This document shows positions 8,952-19,352 of a stretch of DNA of 64,000 nt, one piece after another. The stretch lies in the IMG/VR virus record IMGVR_UViG_3300047491_000541; one strand, given 5' to 3'. Within the stretch, counting starts at the first letter, position 1, and each line of letters begins with the position of its first letter. The notes under the pieces are model-generated. The model saw only the letters and a program-made list of their open reading frames with translations. It was not told where the DNA came from and did not search any database. A program made the translations under genes and the position numbers. Origin of the DNA: an uncultured virus (IMG/VR IMGVR_UViG_3300047491_000541). Lineage: Duplodnaviria; Heunggongvirae; Uroviricota; Caudoviricetes.

Positions 8952-9356
8952 TCAGGCATGTTCGCCTCTCTTCGGCAAGTCATTAGGACACACCCTAATC
9001 TTATCCGCCTTGTCATCAATAACGACACTCATCCCCAAGATGGATTCGGTTTTGGCATCTTTAGCCCACGCCCACTTGAGGAATTGAGCAACAGTTACTG
9101 CCTCGGTATATGCCTCGTACTCTTCCGTGGGCATCACCACAACAGCTTGTTTTTCCACAATGGGAATACAGGCAACCGCTCTCCTGCCGCGAACTATTGC
9201 CTTCGCCAATTCCCTCACGCTCCTGCCGCGAACTATTTCCTCCGCCATTTCCCTCAGAACATCATCAACTTCCTTCTTTGATACTTTCCGACTCATCTCT
9301 TTGACGACACTCTTTCCGAAAACCGCCTTGTTCTGAATACCGCTTTGCTTTTTCAT
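8952..9356 (-). CDS. hypothetical protein
   Basis: 134-aa ORF with AAGGAG RBS; internal EIVRGR/AIVRGR duplication. Confidence 0.6.
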   Translation of the reverse strand: MKKQSGIQNKAVFGKSVVKEMSRKVSKKEVDDVLREMAEEIVRGRSVRELAKAIVRGRRAVACIPIVEKQAVVVMPTEEYEAYTEAVTVAQFLKWAWAKDAKTESILGMSVVIDDKADKIRVCPNDLPKRGEHA

Positions 9357-9703
9357 GTCTTCTCCTTGTTTTAAGACCAGTTAGTTCAACCCACTTCAAG
9401 ACGGGAGTCACATAAACTTGTGCCGTCCACAAGACTCCCATTTTGATGCTCTTCGTATTGTTACGACAACGACTACTTTCAATCAACTCCGAAGCGTTGA
9501 TTGGAGCTCGCCCCCCATAGCAAGACGCAAAGCTGCGAACTCCTCTAAATTCATCTCAATCCGAGCAAGGACTTCTTTATTCTTCTCAAACTCGAAGAAC
9601 CAATCCGCAATAACACTAGAAGTCCGATTGCGACTTCCTGAAACTCCTCAAGAGACGGAACATCTTCGAGTTCGATAGGATGGTCATAACAAAGGGCTGC
9701 CTA

Positions 9704-9895
9704 CTACACTGCTTTCCGAGGCAGAGCCCCGACGATCTGATCGTGGTCGATGCGTTCGATGGTCTGGTCCTTCATACGGACGAGGTAACGCATCTGTCGA
9801 TGCCCACGGTATTTATTCAGGATCACTGCCGGAATCGGGCGAGCCGAATCATCCCACTTAGTCTTGATCTTATCACCTACGTTATACGTCTTCAT
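9704..9895 (-). CDS. small hypothetical protein
   Basis: 63-aa ORF with AAGGAG RBS. Confidence 0.6.
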   Translation of the reverse strand: MKTYNVGDKIKTKWDDSARPIPAVILNKYRGHRQMRYLVRMKDQTIERIDHDQIVGALPRKAV

Positions 9896-9971
9896 CTGAT
9901 CTCCTTTTTACATTGACACAACCGGACAATCCGGCATGTCTTATTATACTCACACAACAATTTCTTTTTGT

Positions 9972-10055
9972 TTCATCCCCACTTCTTTGTGAGGTAAAGA
10001 GCCCTCGTTTCTGCAAACCCACCGACGATTCATCCCCACGCATGAGAGGGTAAAG
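9972..10055. CRISPR. two degenerate type I-E-like CRISPR repeats (possible mini-array)
   Basis: TTCATCCCCAC...GGTAAAG at 9972-9999 and 10029-10055, about 29 nt apart, in an intergenic gap. Confidence 0.35.
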
Positions 10056-10086
10056 TGGAAATTTGAGAAAAAATCTTTACTTTTTG

Positions 10087-10299
10087 TTATCCACGAACTT
10101 TCACATTCCCACAGGTGACTCTCACGGTTGTCCCCTGAAGTGCAGCCAATCGCACTCCGAACTGCGCTTCGGATACATCGTCCTTGTCAGTCAGTTCGAC
10201 GTGAAATCCGGCTTTAGTTAAAGCCCGTGTGATGACTCGTGCCGCTGTCGATTTCCCTGCGCCACGATCACCAACAACTAGGACATTCAATGCGCTCAT
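10087..10299 (-). CDS. small P-loop-containing protein
   Basis: GDRGAGKS Walker A-like motif; GGAG RBS. Confidence 0.55.
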   Translation of the reverse strand: MSALNVLVVGDRGAGKSTAARVITRALTKAGFHVELTDKDDVSEAQFGVRLAALQGTTVRVTCGNVKVRG

Positions 10300-10577
10300 A
10301 CAAATATCTCCATGTAAAAACCAAAGATTTTTCTTCGGATTTTTACTCGATCTCGAAATACGCAGCAGCGTCAGCAGCGATGGCGTCGATCATTCGCCAG
10401 TCACCGGAGATGGGACCCAGAGACCGCAGCCCGCCCATCCCGTGACCACTGGAGAAGTATCGCTCCACATCCGACCTGCGGATCGTTTCCATCTCGCCGT
10501 CGACCTTGATCTTCCAAACACGCTTCTTATTCATGCCTTGCCTCCGCTCTAAACACACTCGATCATATCGCCGACTT

Positions 10578-12551
10578 TCACGCCTGACCTCCAATCATTT
10601 TCCAGAGCTGGTCCTCAGAGATAATCAACGTGCCGCACTTCTTAGCCTTCTCTGTCTTGCTCGACTGACTCGAAGCATCTGCCTGAACGAGATATGTGAC
10701 ACCACGGGAAACACTTCCCTTGTTCTCACCGCCAGCTTTTTCAATCTCGATCTCGATTTCCTTACGACCCTTCGACATGGCTCCTGTGAGAACGAAACTT
10801 TTTCCGGCCAGAGGTCCAGACGAATCCTTGACCTCGATGATGTCAATGGCTTGAACCAACCGACCAATCATGGGAGTTATTGCCAGCAAACCATCGACGA
10901 TTTTCCTAGCCGTCAGCGTGCCGATTCCGGGCATACCCGTCAGATCACCAGTAGTCGCAGCCAAAACATTGGCGAGAGTTTTGTATTTCTTGGCGACATC
11001 CTTCGATGTGGTTGTCCCTAAACCATCGATCCCAAGTCCATCCAGAAAGACAGCGAGAGGAATTTCGGATTTCCCGAGAATAGCTCTCTGAGCTTTCTGA
11101 GCCGACGACTTGCCCCCGGTCACAGCCATAAGCTGCTCTTCGGTCAGATAATACAGATCGGGAATATCCTTGACGAATCCCTGACGACAGAGTTCCCGAA
11201 CAATGCCAGAACCGATCCCCAACACATCCAGAGTTTTCGTCCAATGCAGGACCCGGCGTTCAAGCTGAGCCGGACACATCGGATTGGTGCACCACAGATT
11301 GACTTCTTTCTCGTCGATGGAGACACGACCACCGCACGACGGACAAAATTCGATGGGCTTCTCGTAACCGGATTCACAACCGTGACGATCCACAACGCGA
11401 ACCACGGCTGGAATAATATCTCCCGCTTTCTCCAGCAGGATTTTATTACCAACCATGATTTCCAGCTCCCGGATTCGAGCGTAGTTGTGAAGCGTGATAT
11501 TGGAAATCGTAGAGCCAGCCAAGAGCGTCGGCTCGATCCGTGCCATCGGAGTCAGGCGACCCGTCCGTCCGACCTGCCAGTCAATGCAAAGCACGTTGGC
11601 GGTCTGTTGCTCAGGCTTGAATTTGAAGGCGATTTTGCCGAGAGGGTGATGCTCGCTCGAATCCCAACCAGCCTCTTCTTGGTCTTCGATGGAGTCCAGA
11701 GAGATGACCAAGCCATCAATCTCGAAATCCAATGTCGGACGCATAGTTTCCCATTCGAGAGCGACAGCCTCAAATTCGGAGATGTCCATCACCTGCATAC
11801 CAGCCAGAGGGACACCCGGAAGATTTGTAACCATCCATGCCCTCTTCTCGCTCTCGGTCTTGAACCGAGGCGCACCTACCACGTCGTAGGCGAGAACGGA
11901 AAGGTCACGACTAGCCGTTTCCTGCGGGTCCTGAGCCATCAGAGAACCAGTGCCGAGGTTCCGAGGGTTGGCTCCCTTGACTCCAGACGCCGTGAGCCGC
12001 TTGAAAACCGAGCGAGGCATGATGACTTCAGCACGAACTTCGACAGTCTGACCAGTCCCGATGGACTTGGGAACAGACCGAATCGTCCTTACATTATCCG
12101 TCACATCCTGACCGACCCGACCATCGCCACGAGTCGCTGCTTCGACGAGCTGGCCATCATCGTAATTCAGACGACTGGCACAGCCGTCGACCTTGGGCAT
12201 GACCACGATCTTGCCGTTGCACCGATCATATTTCCGATACCACGACATGACTTCGGCGGCGGAGGTTGCCTTATCCAGTGAACCCATCTTTTGACTGTGC
12301 GTCACCTTTCGCCCATAGGAAGGCGTTGCTCCGACGTTGTTCAAGACCGCTATCGCCTCTGCGATTTCCGGGGCTGTATGATCAATCTCTTCCAGATTCT
12401 CTGCCAGATTTTTAAGCTCCGAAACCAGATCATCGAATTCGGCATCAGTGATTTCGGCAGTCCCGTTGTAATACGACTGTGAGTAGCCCGGAATCAACAG
12501 GACCAACTCTGAAATCCGCTCGGTCATTTTATTCTTATTCATATTGCTCAT
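10578..12551 (-). CDS. ligA: NAD-dependent DNA ligase
   Basis: PKVDG (KxDG), ATRGDG, NPRN, EIDGLV, WQVGRTG, KAGDIIP, Zn finger CPSC..C..C, HhH, BRCT (LAGKSFVLTG). Confidence 0.97.
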   Translation of the reverse strand: MSNMNKNKMTERISELVLLIPGYSQSYYNGTAEITDAEFDDLVSELKNLAENLEEIDHTAPEIAEAIAVLNNVGATPSYGRKVTHSQKMGSLDKATSAAEVMSWYRKYDRCNGKIVVMPKVDGCASRLNYDDGQLVEAATRGDGRVGQDVTDNVRTIRSVPKSIGTGQTVEVRAEVIMPRSVFKRLTASGVKGANPRNLGTGSLMAQDPQETASRDLSVLAYDVVGAPRFKTESEKRAWMVTNLPGVPLAGMQVMDISEFEAVALEWETMRPTLDFEIDGLVISLDSIEDQEEAGWDSSEHHPLGKIAFKFKPEQQTANVLCIDWQVGRTGRLTPMARIEPTLLAGSTISNITLHNYARIRELEIMVGNKILLEKAGDIIPAVVRVVDRHGCESGYEKPIEFCPSCGGRVSIDEKEVNLWCTNPMCPAQLERRVLHWTKTLDVLGIGSGIVRELCRQGFVKDIPDLYYLTEEQLMAVTGGKSSAQKAQRAILGKSEIPLAVFLDGLGIDGLGTTTSKDVAKKYKTLANVLAATTGDLTGMPGIGTLTARKIVDGLLAITPMIGRLVQAIDIIEVKDSSGPLAGKSFVLTGAMSKGRKEIEIEIEKAGGENKGSVSRGVTYLVQADASSQSSKTEKAKKCGTLIISEDQLWKMIGGQA

Positions 12552-12603
12552 TCGTATTTCATCGGCATCGGGAATTGATTCCCGATGCCGACCCTTTCTC
12601 TTC

Positions 12604-13734
12604 TTACGCCGCCTGATACATACCACGACCACAGCGGACGATTCGCTTTTCGCCCTTGTTGATCGCCTTGGTCAGCCCGGAGATGAAGCTCTCATAGGGA
12701 GCCGCACAGGTCGTCTCATAGAGACCGGCCTTAACGGCCTCATCCATGATGTCACGAGAGGCGAGGGGCTTGCCGATTTTCGCCAGAACGACAAGGGCGG
12801 CTTCAACCACCGTCTTTCCACCGCCGACCTTGACCTTCGTCTTCCCACCGCCGACCTTGACCTTCTCGACCTTATTGACCCCCGAAGTCGGGACACTCGG
12901 AACGCCCGACTGAAAAGAAATCTTCTCCGCAACCAGCTTGACCGCCGTTTCGATCTTCTCAGCGAGAGCTTCGTACTTCGCCTCTTCACCAAGGAGTTGC
13001 TGATAGACCTTCATCAGATCACGAGCTTCCTCAATGTCCTCATTCTTGCCCTGAATGCTCGACAGCCGTTCGATGCGACCGACAGCAGCGACAGCCGATG
13101 CCACACGATCTTCGACTTCCGCCTCGACCGAGCCCCAGACGTTCTGACGCTCTTCGGTGCCATCCATCACTCGCTCGACATAGATGTGAGACTGCGAGTC
13201 GAACTCAGCGATCAGCGCCTTCGCTTGATCCAGAATTCCTGCGAATTTTGCCGGAATGAAATAGATGCCGCCCGTCGGACGCTTGGCGACTCCGTAACAC
13301 ATCCGAATGACCCGACGCAAGAAATACCGGATGTCTTCATCCGTGATCTTGCCGGTCGCATCTTTGAGGACTTTCCTGAATTCGTCACTGAGATTGCCTG
13401 TCACCGATACCTCGCCGGTCGCCTTGTCCAGCTTGATTGTGGTGTGCTGCTCGAAGCCGACCGAGTCGCCGTCCTGTTCACGTTCGAGGATGCCATAGAT
13501 GACCGCATCCATGGTTTCCTTGACCTTCTCTCCGATCCGGCGATCATTGCGAGTCCGACGATTGTGAAAGCTCTTGACCGCCCGTGACACCTCCAACTGC
13601 CGAGAGGGAAGCTTCATATCCGAAACATCAAAACCGTGCTTCGCAAGCAAGGTCTGAGCCATCACGCCATCGACTGACGTTTCCGGCAGCGTCCACCACA
13701 CATTCACGCCCAACGAATCCGAATTCATACCCAT
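12604..13734 (-). CDS. hypothetical protein with C-terminal winged HTH (HARE-HTH-like)
   Basis: 376 aa; tandem KVKVGGGKT linker, then VEAALVVLAKIGKPLASRDIMDEAVKAGLY. Confidence 0.6.
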   Translation of the reverse strand: MGMNSDSLGVNVWWTLPETSVDGVMAQTLLAKHGFDVSDMKLPSRQLEVSRAVKSFHNRRTRNDRRIGEKVKETMDAVIYGILEREQDGDSVGFEQHTTIKLDKATGEVSVTGNLSDEFRKVLKDATGKITDEDIRYFLRRVIRMCYGVAKRPTGGIYFIPAKFAGILDQAKALIAEFDSQSHIYVERVMDGTEERQNVWGSVEAEVEDRVASAVAAVGRIERLSSIQGKNEDIEEARDLMKVYQQLLGEEAKYEALAEKIETAVKLVAEKISFQSGVPSVPTSGVNKVEKVKVGGGKTKVKVGGGKTVVEAALVVLAKIGKPLASRDIMDEAVKAGLYETTCAAPYESFISGLTKAINKGEKRIVRCGRGMYQAA

Positions 13735-13775
13735 CTCCCTGTTTTTTACCTCTTAACTACTAACCTCACACCCAT

Positions 13776-13801
13776 ACATTACCGGAATACGCCCGAAATA
13801 A
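13776..13801 (-). promoter_or_regulatory. conserved phage promoter-like motif
   Basis: TTATTT-N12-GGTAATGT. Confidence 0.7.
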
Positions 13802-13811
13802 GGAAAGAGCT

Positions 13812-14273
13812 TTACTCAACAGACCGTTTTTCATCATTTTCCCGCTTCCTGCGAGCCTTTGTGCCTCTCGCAATCGGTTCCAGACCCAATTCCTCACGCC
13901 GTTCCTCTCGAATCTCCCTCACGATCTCAAAGAGATGTGCCTTGACAGCATCAATCATAAAGGGTTCGCCATCAATCATCAGGCGAGACTCCAAGGACGC
14001 CAGATCAACCAAATCCTCAGAACCCTCTGTGGCAGACACCGACTGAGACTTTTTCTCGACGACCTTCTCGATGGTTCCCTTTTTATCATTGTCGCCAAAG
14101 GCTATTTCCATGACCTGCTTTAACGAAATTGAGGTGCCCTTGCCATGCCTACCTTTTTCCTTGAAGGCGATCTGTCCACCGTCTTCCGATGGCAGGAGCA
14201 CGACGAAAACGGGGTTCTGATTCCTAGTGAGTCCAGAATCGCGGATCAAAGACTTGTCCAAATTAGTCGGCAT
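13812..14273 (-). CDS. hypothetical protein
   Basis: 153-aa ORF with AAGGGG RBS. Confidence 0.7.
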   Translation of the reverse strand: MPTNLDKSLIRDSGLTRNQNPVFVVLLPSEDGGQIAFKEKGRHGKGTSISLKQVMEIAFGDNDKKGTIEKVVEKKSQSVSATEGSEDLVDLASLESRLMIDGEPFMIDAVKAHLFEIVREIREERREELGLEPIARGTKARRKRENDEKRSVE

Positions 14274-14287
14274 AACTTTCCCCCTTA

Positions 14288-15211
14288 TCAGCTTGTTGCG
14301 TTATTCCAGCGAACAGAACCATTTCTGATGTCCTGAATGTGATCATCAAATCGCTTCCCCAATCCTTTAGGCAAGTCAACCTGTCCGATCTGCTTTACGA
14401 CCTTGACCGATCCACACCAATACCAATATGGATAGGCAGACGGACTATCAAGAATTTGAATCGAATTCAAGACTTGACTCTTCAATTTTTCAGAGCCGCA
14501 AGACCTGTCCTCTATCGCAAGAAACTTTCGACCCTTTTCAGTTCCGAAGTCTAAGATGGCAACGAAGTTTCCATTCGACTTCATATAAATGCCTCCGATT
14601 TCCAAGTCCTTCTCTGGAATTGGACCCATACCACGGAGAGTCTGCGAGTCTGCAATCTCTTTAAAGAGTGTTGAGCCGACACGAACAATACGAACCTGAC
14701 TCCCCATCACGACCCATATAAACTCCGCCGTGAAATATGTCCCTACTCCCTGCGGACCATTCTTGTTCTCGATGGCTCCCTCAAGAAGACATTCAGTCAC
14801 CACGTCCTCACGCAAGTCCACCAGCCAACCCTGTGGAGTCAGAACCTTGTAGACTACTCCGCCCTCTCCACGACTTTCGATCCCGACCCACCGCAAGTCC
14901 GTAAACTCCGAATTGACAAACTCATTCGTATCAAAAAGCTTTGCCTTGCCTCCGTATTGTGACTCAGAAGCCCATTTACCAGCCGACGACTTGAAGGCAT
15001 CACTGTTGCTTGGAACGACAAAGGCAGCCCTAGCCGTAAACTTCGAGAACTTGGGAGTCTCCCTTGGAATAACACTGGAAGAGCTACTCTTAATATAGGC
15101 AATCATCCGTTTTGGAATGCGACCTTTCCGGCATCGAACAACCTCCACTCCTTCGACTTCGGCCTCTGAGTCCGCTTTTGATAACGCTTCAAGCACTTCA
15201 TTGACTTTCAA
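14288..15211 (-). CDS. hypothetical protein
   Basis: 307-aa ORF, TTG start after GGGAGG. Confidence 0.7.
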   Translation of the reverse strand: MKVNEVLEALSKADSEAEVEGVEVVRCRKGRIPKRMIAYIKSSSSSVIPRETPKFSKFTARAAFVVPSNSDAFKSSAGKWASESQYGGKAKLFDTNEFVNSEFTDLRWVGIESRGEGGVVYKVLTPQGWLVDLREDVVTECLLEGAIENKNGPQGVGTYFTAEFIWVVMGSQVRIVRVGSTLFKEIADSQTLRGMGPIPEKDLEIGGIYMKSNGNFVAILDFGTEKGRKFLAIEDRSCGSEKLKSQVLNSIQILDSPSAYPYWYWCGSVKVVKQIGQVDLPKGLGKRFDDHIQDIRNGSVRWNNATS

Positions 15212-15331
15212 TATAAAACCCTCCCATCAGAACGAGCCGCATCTACCTTCCGCTGACGATCGCGACTGCGACCCCGCCAAGAAGACCCAACTCCATTTTC
15301 GTTTCATCTACTGCCTTCTTATCGGTTAGGG

Positions 15332-15685
15332 TCACTTGGTTTCGATTTCACCAGTTGTCCAGTCAATAACCACAATGCCGTGCTTTTCGAGAACAGCATT
15401 ATGGTAAAGCGCGTCGCCTTCGGTGCTGAGTTTGTTGCCTTCGGCGCGAAGTCTGCGACCTTCGGCGAGGAGTGTGTTGCCTTTGGTGATGAGGTTGCAG
15501 ATTTCGTCGAAGTGCTTGTCGCCTTCGTCGAAGTGCTTGTTGCCTTCAGCGAGAAGCTTGTTGCCTTCGACGAGAAGCGCGTCGCCTTCGACGCGGAGAT
15601 TGTCTCCTTTGGCGATGAGCGCGTTGCCAAAGTCGTGGAGCTTGTTTCGTGTTTCCCATGAGTCTTGAATTGGTTCGTGTTTCAT
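15332..15685 (-). CDS. heptad-repeat array protein 1
   Basis: 117 aa, family termini. Confidence 0.85.
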   Translation of the reverse strand: MKHEPIQDSWETRNKLHDFGNALIAKGDNLRVEGDALLVEGNKLLAEGNKHFDEGDKHFDEICNLITKGNTLLAEGRRLRAEGNKLSTEGDALYHNAVLEKHGIVVIDWTTGEIETK

Positions 15686-15717
15686 ACTACCTTCTTATCG
15701 GTTGGGTTCAGTTTGGT

Positions 15718-16284
15718 TCACTTGGTTTCGATTCCACCAGTTGTCCAGTCAATGACCGCGTCAGGACCGTGTTTTTCAATAACAGCATCACGGTAGAGAT
15801 TGTCGCCTTTTGCAATGAGCCCGTAGCCGTTGGCGTGGAGCGCGTTGCCTTTGGCAATGAGCCCGTAGCCTTTGGCGGTGAGCGCGTCGCCTTTGGCGAG
15901 GAGCACGTAGCCTTTGGCGGTGAGCTCGTCACCTTTGACAAGGAGCTTGCAACCTTTGGTAATGAGCCCGTAGCCTTTGGCAAGGAGCCTGTGACCTTTG
16001 GCAATGAGCTTATCGCCTTCGGCGTAGTGGGTGTTATTTTCGTCGATGAGCTTATCGCCTTCGGCACGAAGCTTGTTGCCTTCGGCACAGAGCTTGTAGC
16101 CTTCGGAGCGGAACTCGTCGCCTTCGGAGCGGAGCTCGTCGCCTTCGGAGCTTAATTTGTTTCCTTCGACGTAGTGGTTGCTGCTTTCATCGATGAGCTT
16201 GTCTCCTTCAACGCGGAGCCTGTTTCCTTCGACGTGTAATTCGTTGCGTGTTTTCCATGAGTCTTGAATCGTTCCGTGTTTCAT
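15718..16284 (-). CDS. heptad-repeat array protein 2
   Basis: 188 aa, family termini. Confidence 0.85.
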   Translation of the reverse strand: MKHGTIQDSWKTRNELHVEGNRLRVEGDKLIDESSNHYVEGNKLSSEGDELRSEGDEFRSEGYKLCAEGNKLRAEGDKLIDENNTHYAEGDKLIAKGHRLLAKGYGLITKGCKLLVKGDELTAKGYVLLAKGDALTAKGYGLIAKGNALHANGYGLIAKGDNLYRDAVIEKHGPDAVIDWTTGGIETK

Positions 16285-16316
16285 ACTGCCTTCTTATCGG
16301 TTGGGGCCAGTTGGAG

Positions 16317-16610
16317 TCACTTGGTTTCAATTTCACCTGTTGTCCAGTCAATGACCGCGTCAGGGCCGTGTTTTACGAGAACGGCATTGCGGTAGAGCCT
16401 GTAGCCTTTGGCGTGGAGCGTTTCGCTTTTGGCGAGGAGTCTGTAACCTTCATCGATGAGCGCGTTGCTTTTGGCAAGGAGCCTGTCGCCTTCGGAGAGG
16501 AGCCTGCAACCTTCGGTGCGAAGTCTGTTGCCCTTGGCATAGAGCTTGTCACCTTTGGCGCGGAGCTTGTTGCGTGTTTCCCATGCGTATTGAATCGGTT
16601 CGTGTCTCAT
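16317..16610 (-). CDS. heptad-repeat array protein 3
   Basis: 97 aa from MRHEP, family termini. Confidence 0.85.
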   Translation of the reverse strand: MRHEPIQYAWETRNKLRAKGDKLYAKGNRLRTEGCRLLSEGDRLLAKSNALIDEGYRLLAKSETLHAKGYRLYRNAVLVKHGPDAVIDWTTGEIETK

Positions 16611-16624
16611 CTGCTGTCTCCTTA

Positions 16625-17107
16625 TCACTTGGTTTCGATTTCACCAGTTACCCAATCGATAATCGCATCAGAACCGTGCTTTGCGTGAACGGCATCGCAG
16701 TAGAGCACGTCGCCTTCAGCGCGGTGACTGCATGCCTTTGCGCGGAGTGCATTACCTTCGGCGAGGTGTCTGCGACCTTCGGCGTGGAGTCTGTGGCCTT
16801 CGGCGTGAAGGCTGCGGCTTTTTGCAGCGAGCAATTGGCCTTTAGCGAGAAGTCTGCTGCCTTCGACACGGAGTCTACGACCTCCGACGCTGGGATTATC
16901 GCCTTCGACGTAGTGGCTGCGGATTTCGACGAATCGCTCGTCGGCTTCAGTCCTGAGCTTATTGGATTCATCGGTTAGCCGGCTGCCTTCGACGAGGATT
17001 TTGTTGGCCGCGTCGAAGTGCTTGTTGGATTCAGCGCAGAGCCTACTAGCCTCGGCGTGTAATTCGCTGCGTCTTTCCCATGCGTCTTTGATCGGTTCGT
17101 ATTTCAT
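16625..17107 (-). CDS. heptad-repeat array protein 4
   Basis: 160 aa, family termini. Confidence 0.85.
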   Translation of the reverse strand: MKYEPIKDAWERRSELHAEASRLCAESNKHFDAANKILVEGSRLTDESNKLRTEADERFVEIRSHYVEGDNPSVGGRRLRVEGSRLLAKGQLLAAKSRSLHAEGHRLHAEGRRHLAEGNALRAKACSHRAEGDVLYCDAVHAKHGSDAIIDWVTGEIETK

Positions 17108-17129
17108 AACGTCTCCTTATCAGTTGGGG

Positions 17130-17654
17130 TCACTTGGTTTCGATTTCACCGGTTGTCCAGTTGATAACCACGTCAGGACCGTGCTTTGCGTGAACGGCAC
17201 AGGTATAAAGTACCTGCCCTTCGGCACGGAGCTTAGTACCCTCGGCGTAGAGCGCGTCGCTCTCAGCGCATAGCCTGTTGCCCTCGGCGCGGAGATTGCG
17301 GCCTTTGGCGCGGAACTTGTCGCCCTCGGCAATGAGCTTGTCGCCCTCGGCGCGTAGCTTGCCGCCCTCGGCGAGGAGCCTGTTGCCCTCGGAGTGGAGC
17401 TTGGTACCTTCGGCACGGAGCTTAGTACCCTCGGCACAGAGCTTGCTGCCCTCTGCGTAGAGCCTGTTGCCCTCGGAGTGGAGCTTGGTGCCCTCGGCGC
17501 GGAGTTTGTCGCCCTTGGCATAGAGCTTGCTGCCCTCTGCGTAGAGCCTGTCGCCTTCGACGTGGGGTCTGTGAAATTCAGCAACGAGCTTGCGGCTTTT
17601 GGCGAGTAGTTCGTTGCGTCTTTCCCACGCATCTTGAATTGGTCCGTGTTTCAT
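17130..17654 (-). CDS. heptad-repeat array protein 5
   Basis: 174 aa, family termini. Confidence 0.85.
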   Translation of the reverse strand: MKHGPIQDAWERRNELLAKSRKLVAEFHRPHVEGDRLYAEGSKLYAKGDKLRAEGTKLHSEGNRLYAEGSKLCAEGTKLRAEGTKLHSEGNRLLAEGGKLRAEGDKLIAEGDKFRAKGRNLRAEGNRLCAESDALYAEGTKLRAEGQVLYTCAVHAKHGPDVVINWTTGEIETK

Positions 17655-17674
17655 GGCGTCTCCTTATCAGCTAG

Positions 17675-17968
17675 TCACTTGGTTTCGATTTCACCGGTTA
17701 TCCAGTCGATACCCACATCAGGGCCGTACTTTGCGAGAGCAGCACTACGATAAAGCCTGTCACCTTCGGCGCGGAACCCGCTACCTTCGGCGCGGAGCCT
17801 GCTACCTTCGGCGAAGTGTGCGTCGCCTTTGGCAAGGAGCCTGTTGCCCTCGGCACGGAGTCCGCAACCTTTGGCAAGGAGCTCATCGCCCTCGGCGCTG
17901 TGCTTGTCACCTTCGGCGTGTAATTCGTTGCGTGTTTTCCATATGTCTTGAATTTGCCCGTGCTTCAT
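17675..17968 (-). CDS. heptad-repeat array protein 6
   Basis: 97 aa, family termini. Confidence 0.85.
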   Translation of the reverse strand: MKHGQIQDIWKTRNELHAEGDKHSAEGDELLAKGCGLRAEGNRLLAKGDAHFAEGSRLRAEGSGFRAEGDRLYRSAALAKYGPDVGIDWITGEIETK

Positions 17969-18000
17969 GCCGTCTCCTTATCGGTTGAGTCCAGTTAGGG

Positions 18001-18483
18001 TCACTTGGTTTCAATTTCGCCAGTTATCCAGTTGATACTAGACTCAGGGCCGTACTTTGCGAGAACGGCATCGCGATAAAGCTTGCCGCCTTCGCCAATG
18101 CACTTGTTTGCTTCAACGATGAGCACGTCGCTTTTGGCGAGAAGCGCGGTGCCTTCGGCGCGGCGTTTGTAGCCTTCGGCGCGGAGTCTGCTACCTTCAG
18201 CGAGGAGATTGCAACCTTCGACGAGGAACTTGTCGCTTTCGGCACGGAGCCCTCCACCCTCGTCGATGAGACTGCACCTTCTGGCGGTGAGCACGTCGCT
18301 TTTTGCGATGAGTGCATCGCCTTCGGAGCTGAGCTTGTTGCCTTCGGCGAGGTACTCGTCGCTTTCATCGATAAGCCTCTCGCCTTCGGCGCGGGGTCCG
18401 TGAAGTTCAGCAACGAGCTTGCGGCTTTTGGCGAGTAGTTCGTTGCGTGTTTTCCATGCGTCTTGAATTGGTCCATGTTTCAT
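18001..18483 (-). CDS. heptad-repeat array protein 7
   Basis: 160 aa, family termini. Confidence 0.85.
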   Translation of the reverse strand: MKHGPIQDAWKTRNELLAKSRKLVAELHGPRAEGERLIDESDEYLAEGNKLSSEGDALIAKSDVLTARRCSLIDEGGGLRAESDKFLVEGCNLLAEGSRLRAEGYKRRAEGTALLAKSDVLIVEANKCIGEGGKLYRDAVLAKYGPESSINWITGEIETK

Positions 18484-18505
18484 ACTGTCTCCTTATCACT
18501 TGGGT

Positions 18506-18736
18506 TTAATTGGTTTCGATTCCACCAGTTGCCCAGTTGATAACCACGTCAGGACCGTGCTTTTCGAGAACAGCATCGCGGTAGAGATTGTTTCCTGCGG
18601 CGCGGAGTCTGCGGCCTTTGGCGTGAAGCGCGTCGCCTTCAGCGCAGAGTCTGCTGCCTTCGGCGAGGAGCTTGTCGCTTTCGGCGTGTACTTCGATGCG
18701 TGTTTTCCATGCGTCTTGAATTGGTTCGTGTTTCAT
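18506..18736 (-). CDS. heptad-repeat array protein 8 (shortest)
   Basis: 76 aa, family termini. Confidence 0.85.
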   Translation of the reverse strand: MKHEPIQDAWKTRIEVHAESDKLLAEGSRLCAEGDALHAKGRRLRAAGNNLYRDAVLEKHGPDVVINWATGGIETN

Positions 18737-18750
18737 CTACTGTCTCCTTG

Positions 18751-19320
18751 TCAGTTGGTTTCGATTTCACCGGTTGCCTAGTCGGTACTGGATTCAGTGG
18801 CCATGCTCTGCAACAAGAAAGCATCGCGGTAAAGCGCGTCACCTCTGGCGAGGAGTTTTTCTCCGTCAGCGCGGAGTCTGCTACCTTCAGCGTGAAGGCT
18901 GCTACCTTCGGTAAGGAGCCTGTCGCCTTCGGCGCGGAGTTTGCTACCTTCAGCACGGAGTCTGCTACCTTCGGTGTGAAGGCCACAACCTTTGACGAGG
19001 AGAGCATTGCCTTTGGCGTAGCGATTGCAGATTTCGGCGAAGTACTTGTTGGCTTCGTCGAAGCACTTGCCGCCTTCAGTGCTGAGTTTGTTGGCTTCGG
19101 CGCGGAGCCTACAACCTTCGGCGAGGTACTCGTTGCTTTCATCGATAAGCCTCTCGCCTTCGGCGAGGAGTCTGCGACCTTCGACGTGAAGGCTGCGGCT
19201 TTTGGCGAGGAGTACGTCGCCTTCGGTGTGGAGCACGTCACCTTTGGTGACGAGCGCGTTTCCTTCGGCGTATACCTCGTTTCGTATTTTCCACGCGTCT
19301 TGAATTGGTCCGTGTTTCAT
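18751..19320 (-). pseudogene. heptad-repeat array protein 9 with damaged C-terminus
   Basis: C-cap scrambled (AFLLQSMATESSTD); conserved Trp codon is TAG; in-frame ATGEIETN follows. Confidence 0.7.
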
Positions 19321-19352
19321 GGTGTCTCCTTATCGGTTGGGGCCAGTTGGAG

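Noticed and set aside
11244..13587. Long + strand ORFs (345 and 347 aa)
   Set aside because: Antisense shadows of ligA and its neighbour, with no motifs
18778..18780. Stop-codon reassignment (in-frame TAG here, TGA at 47961)
   Set aside because: TAG, TGA and TAA all end many intact genes; these two cases are better explained as pseudogenisation
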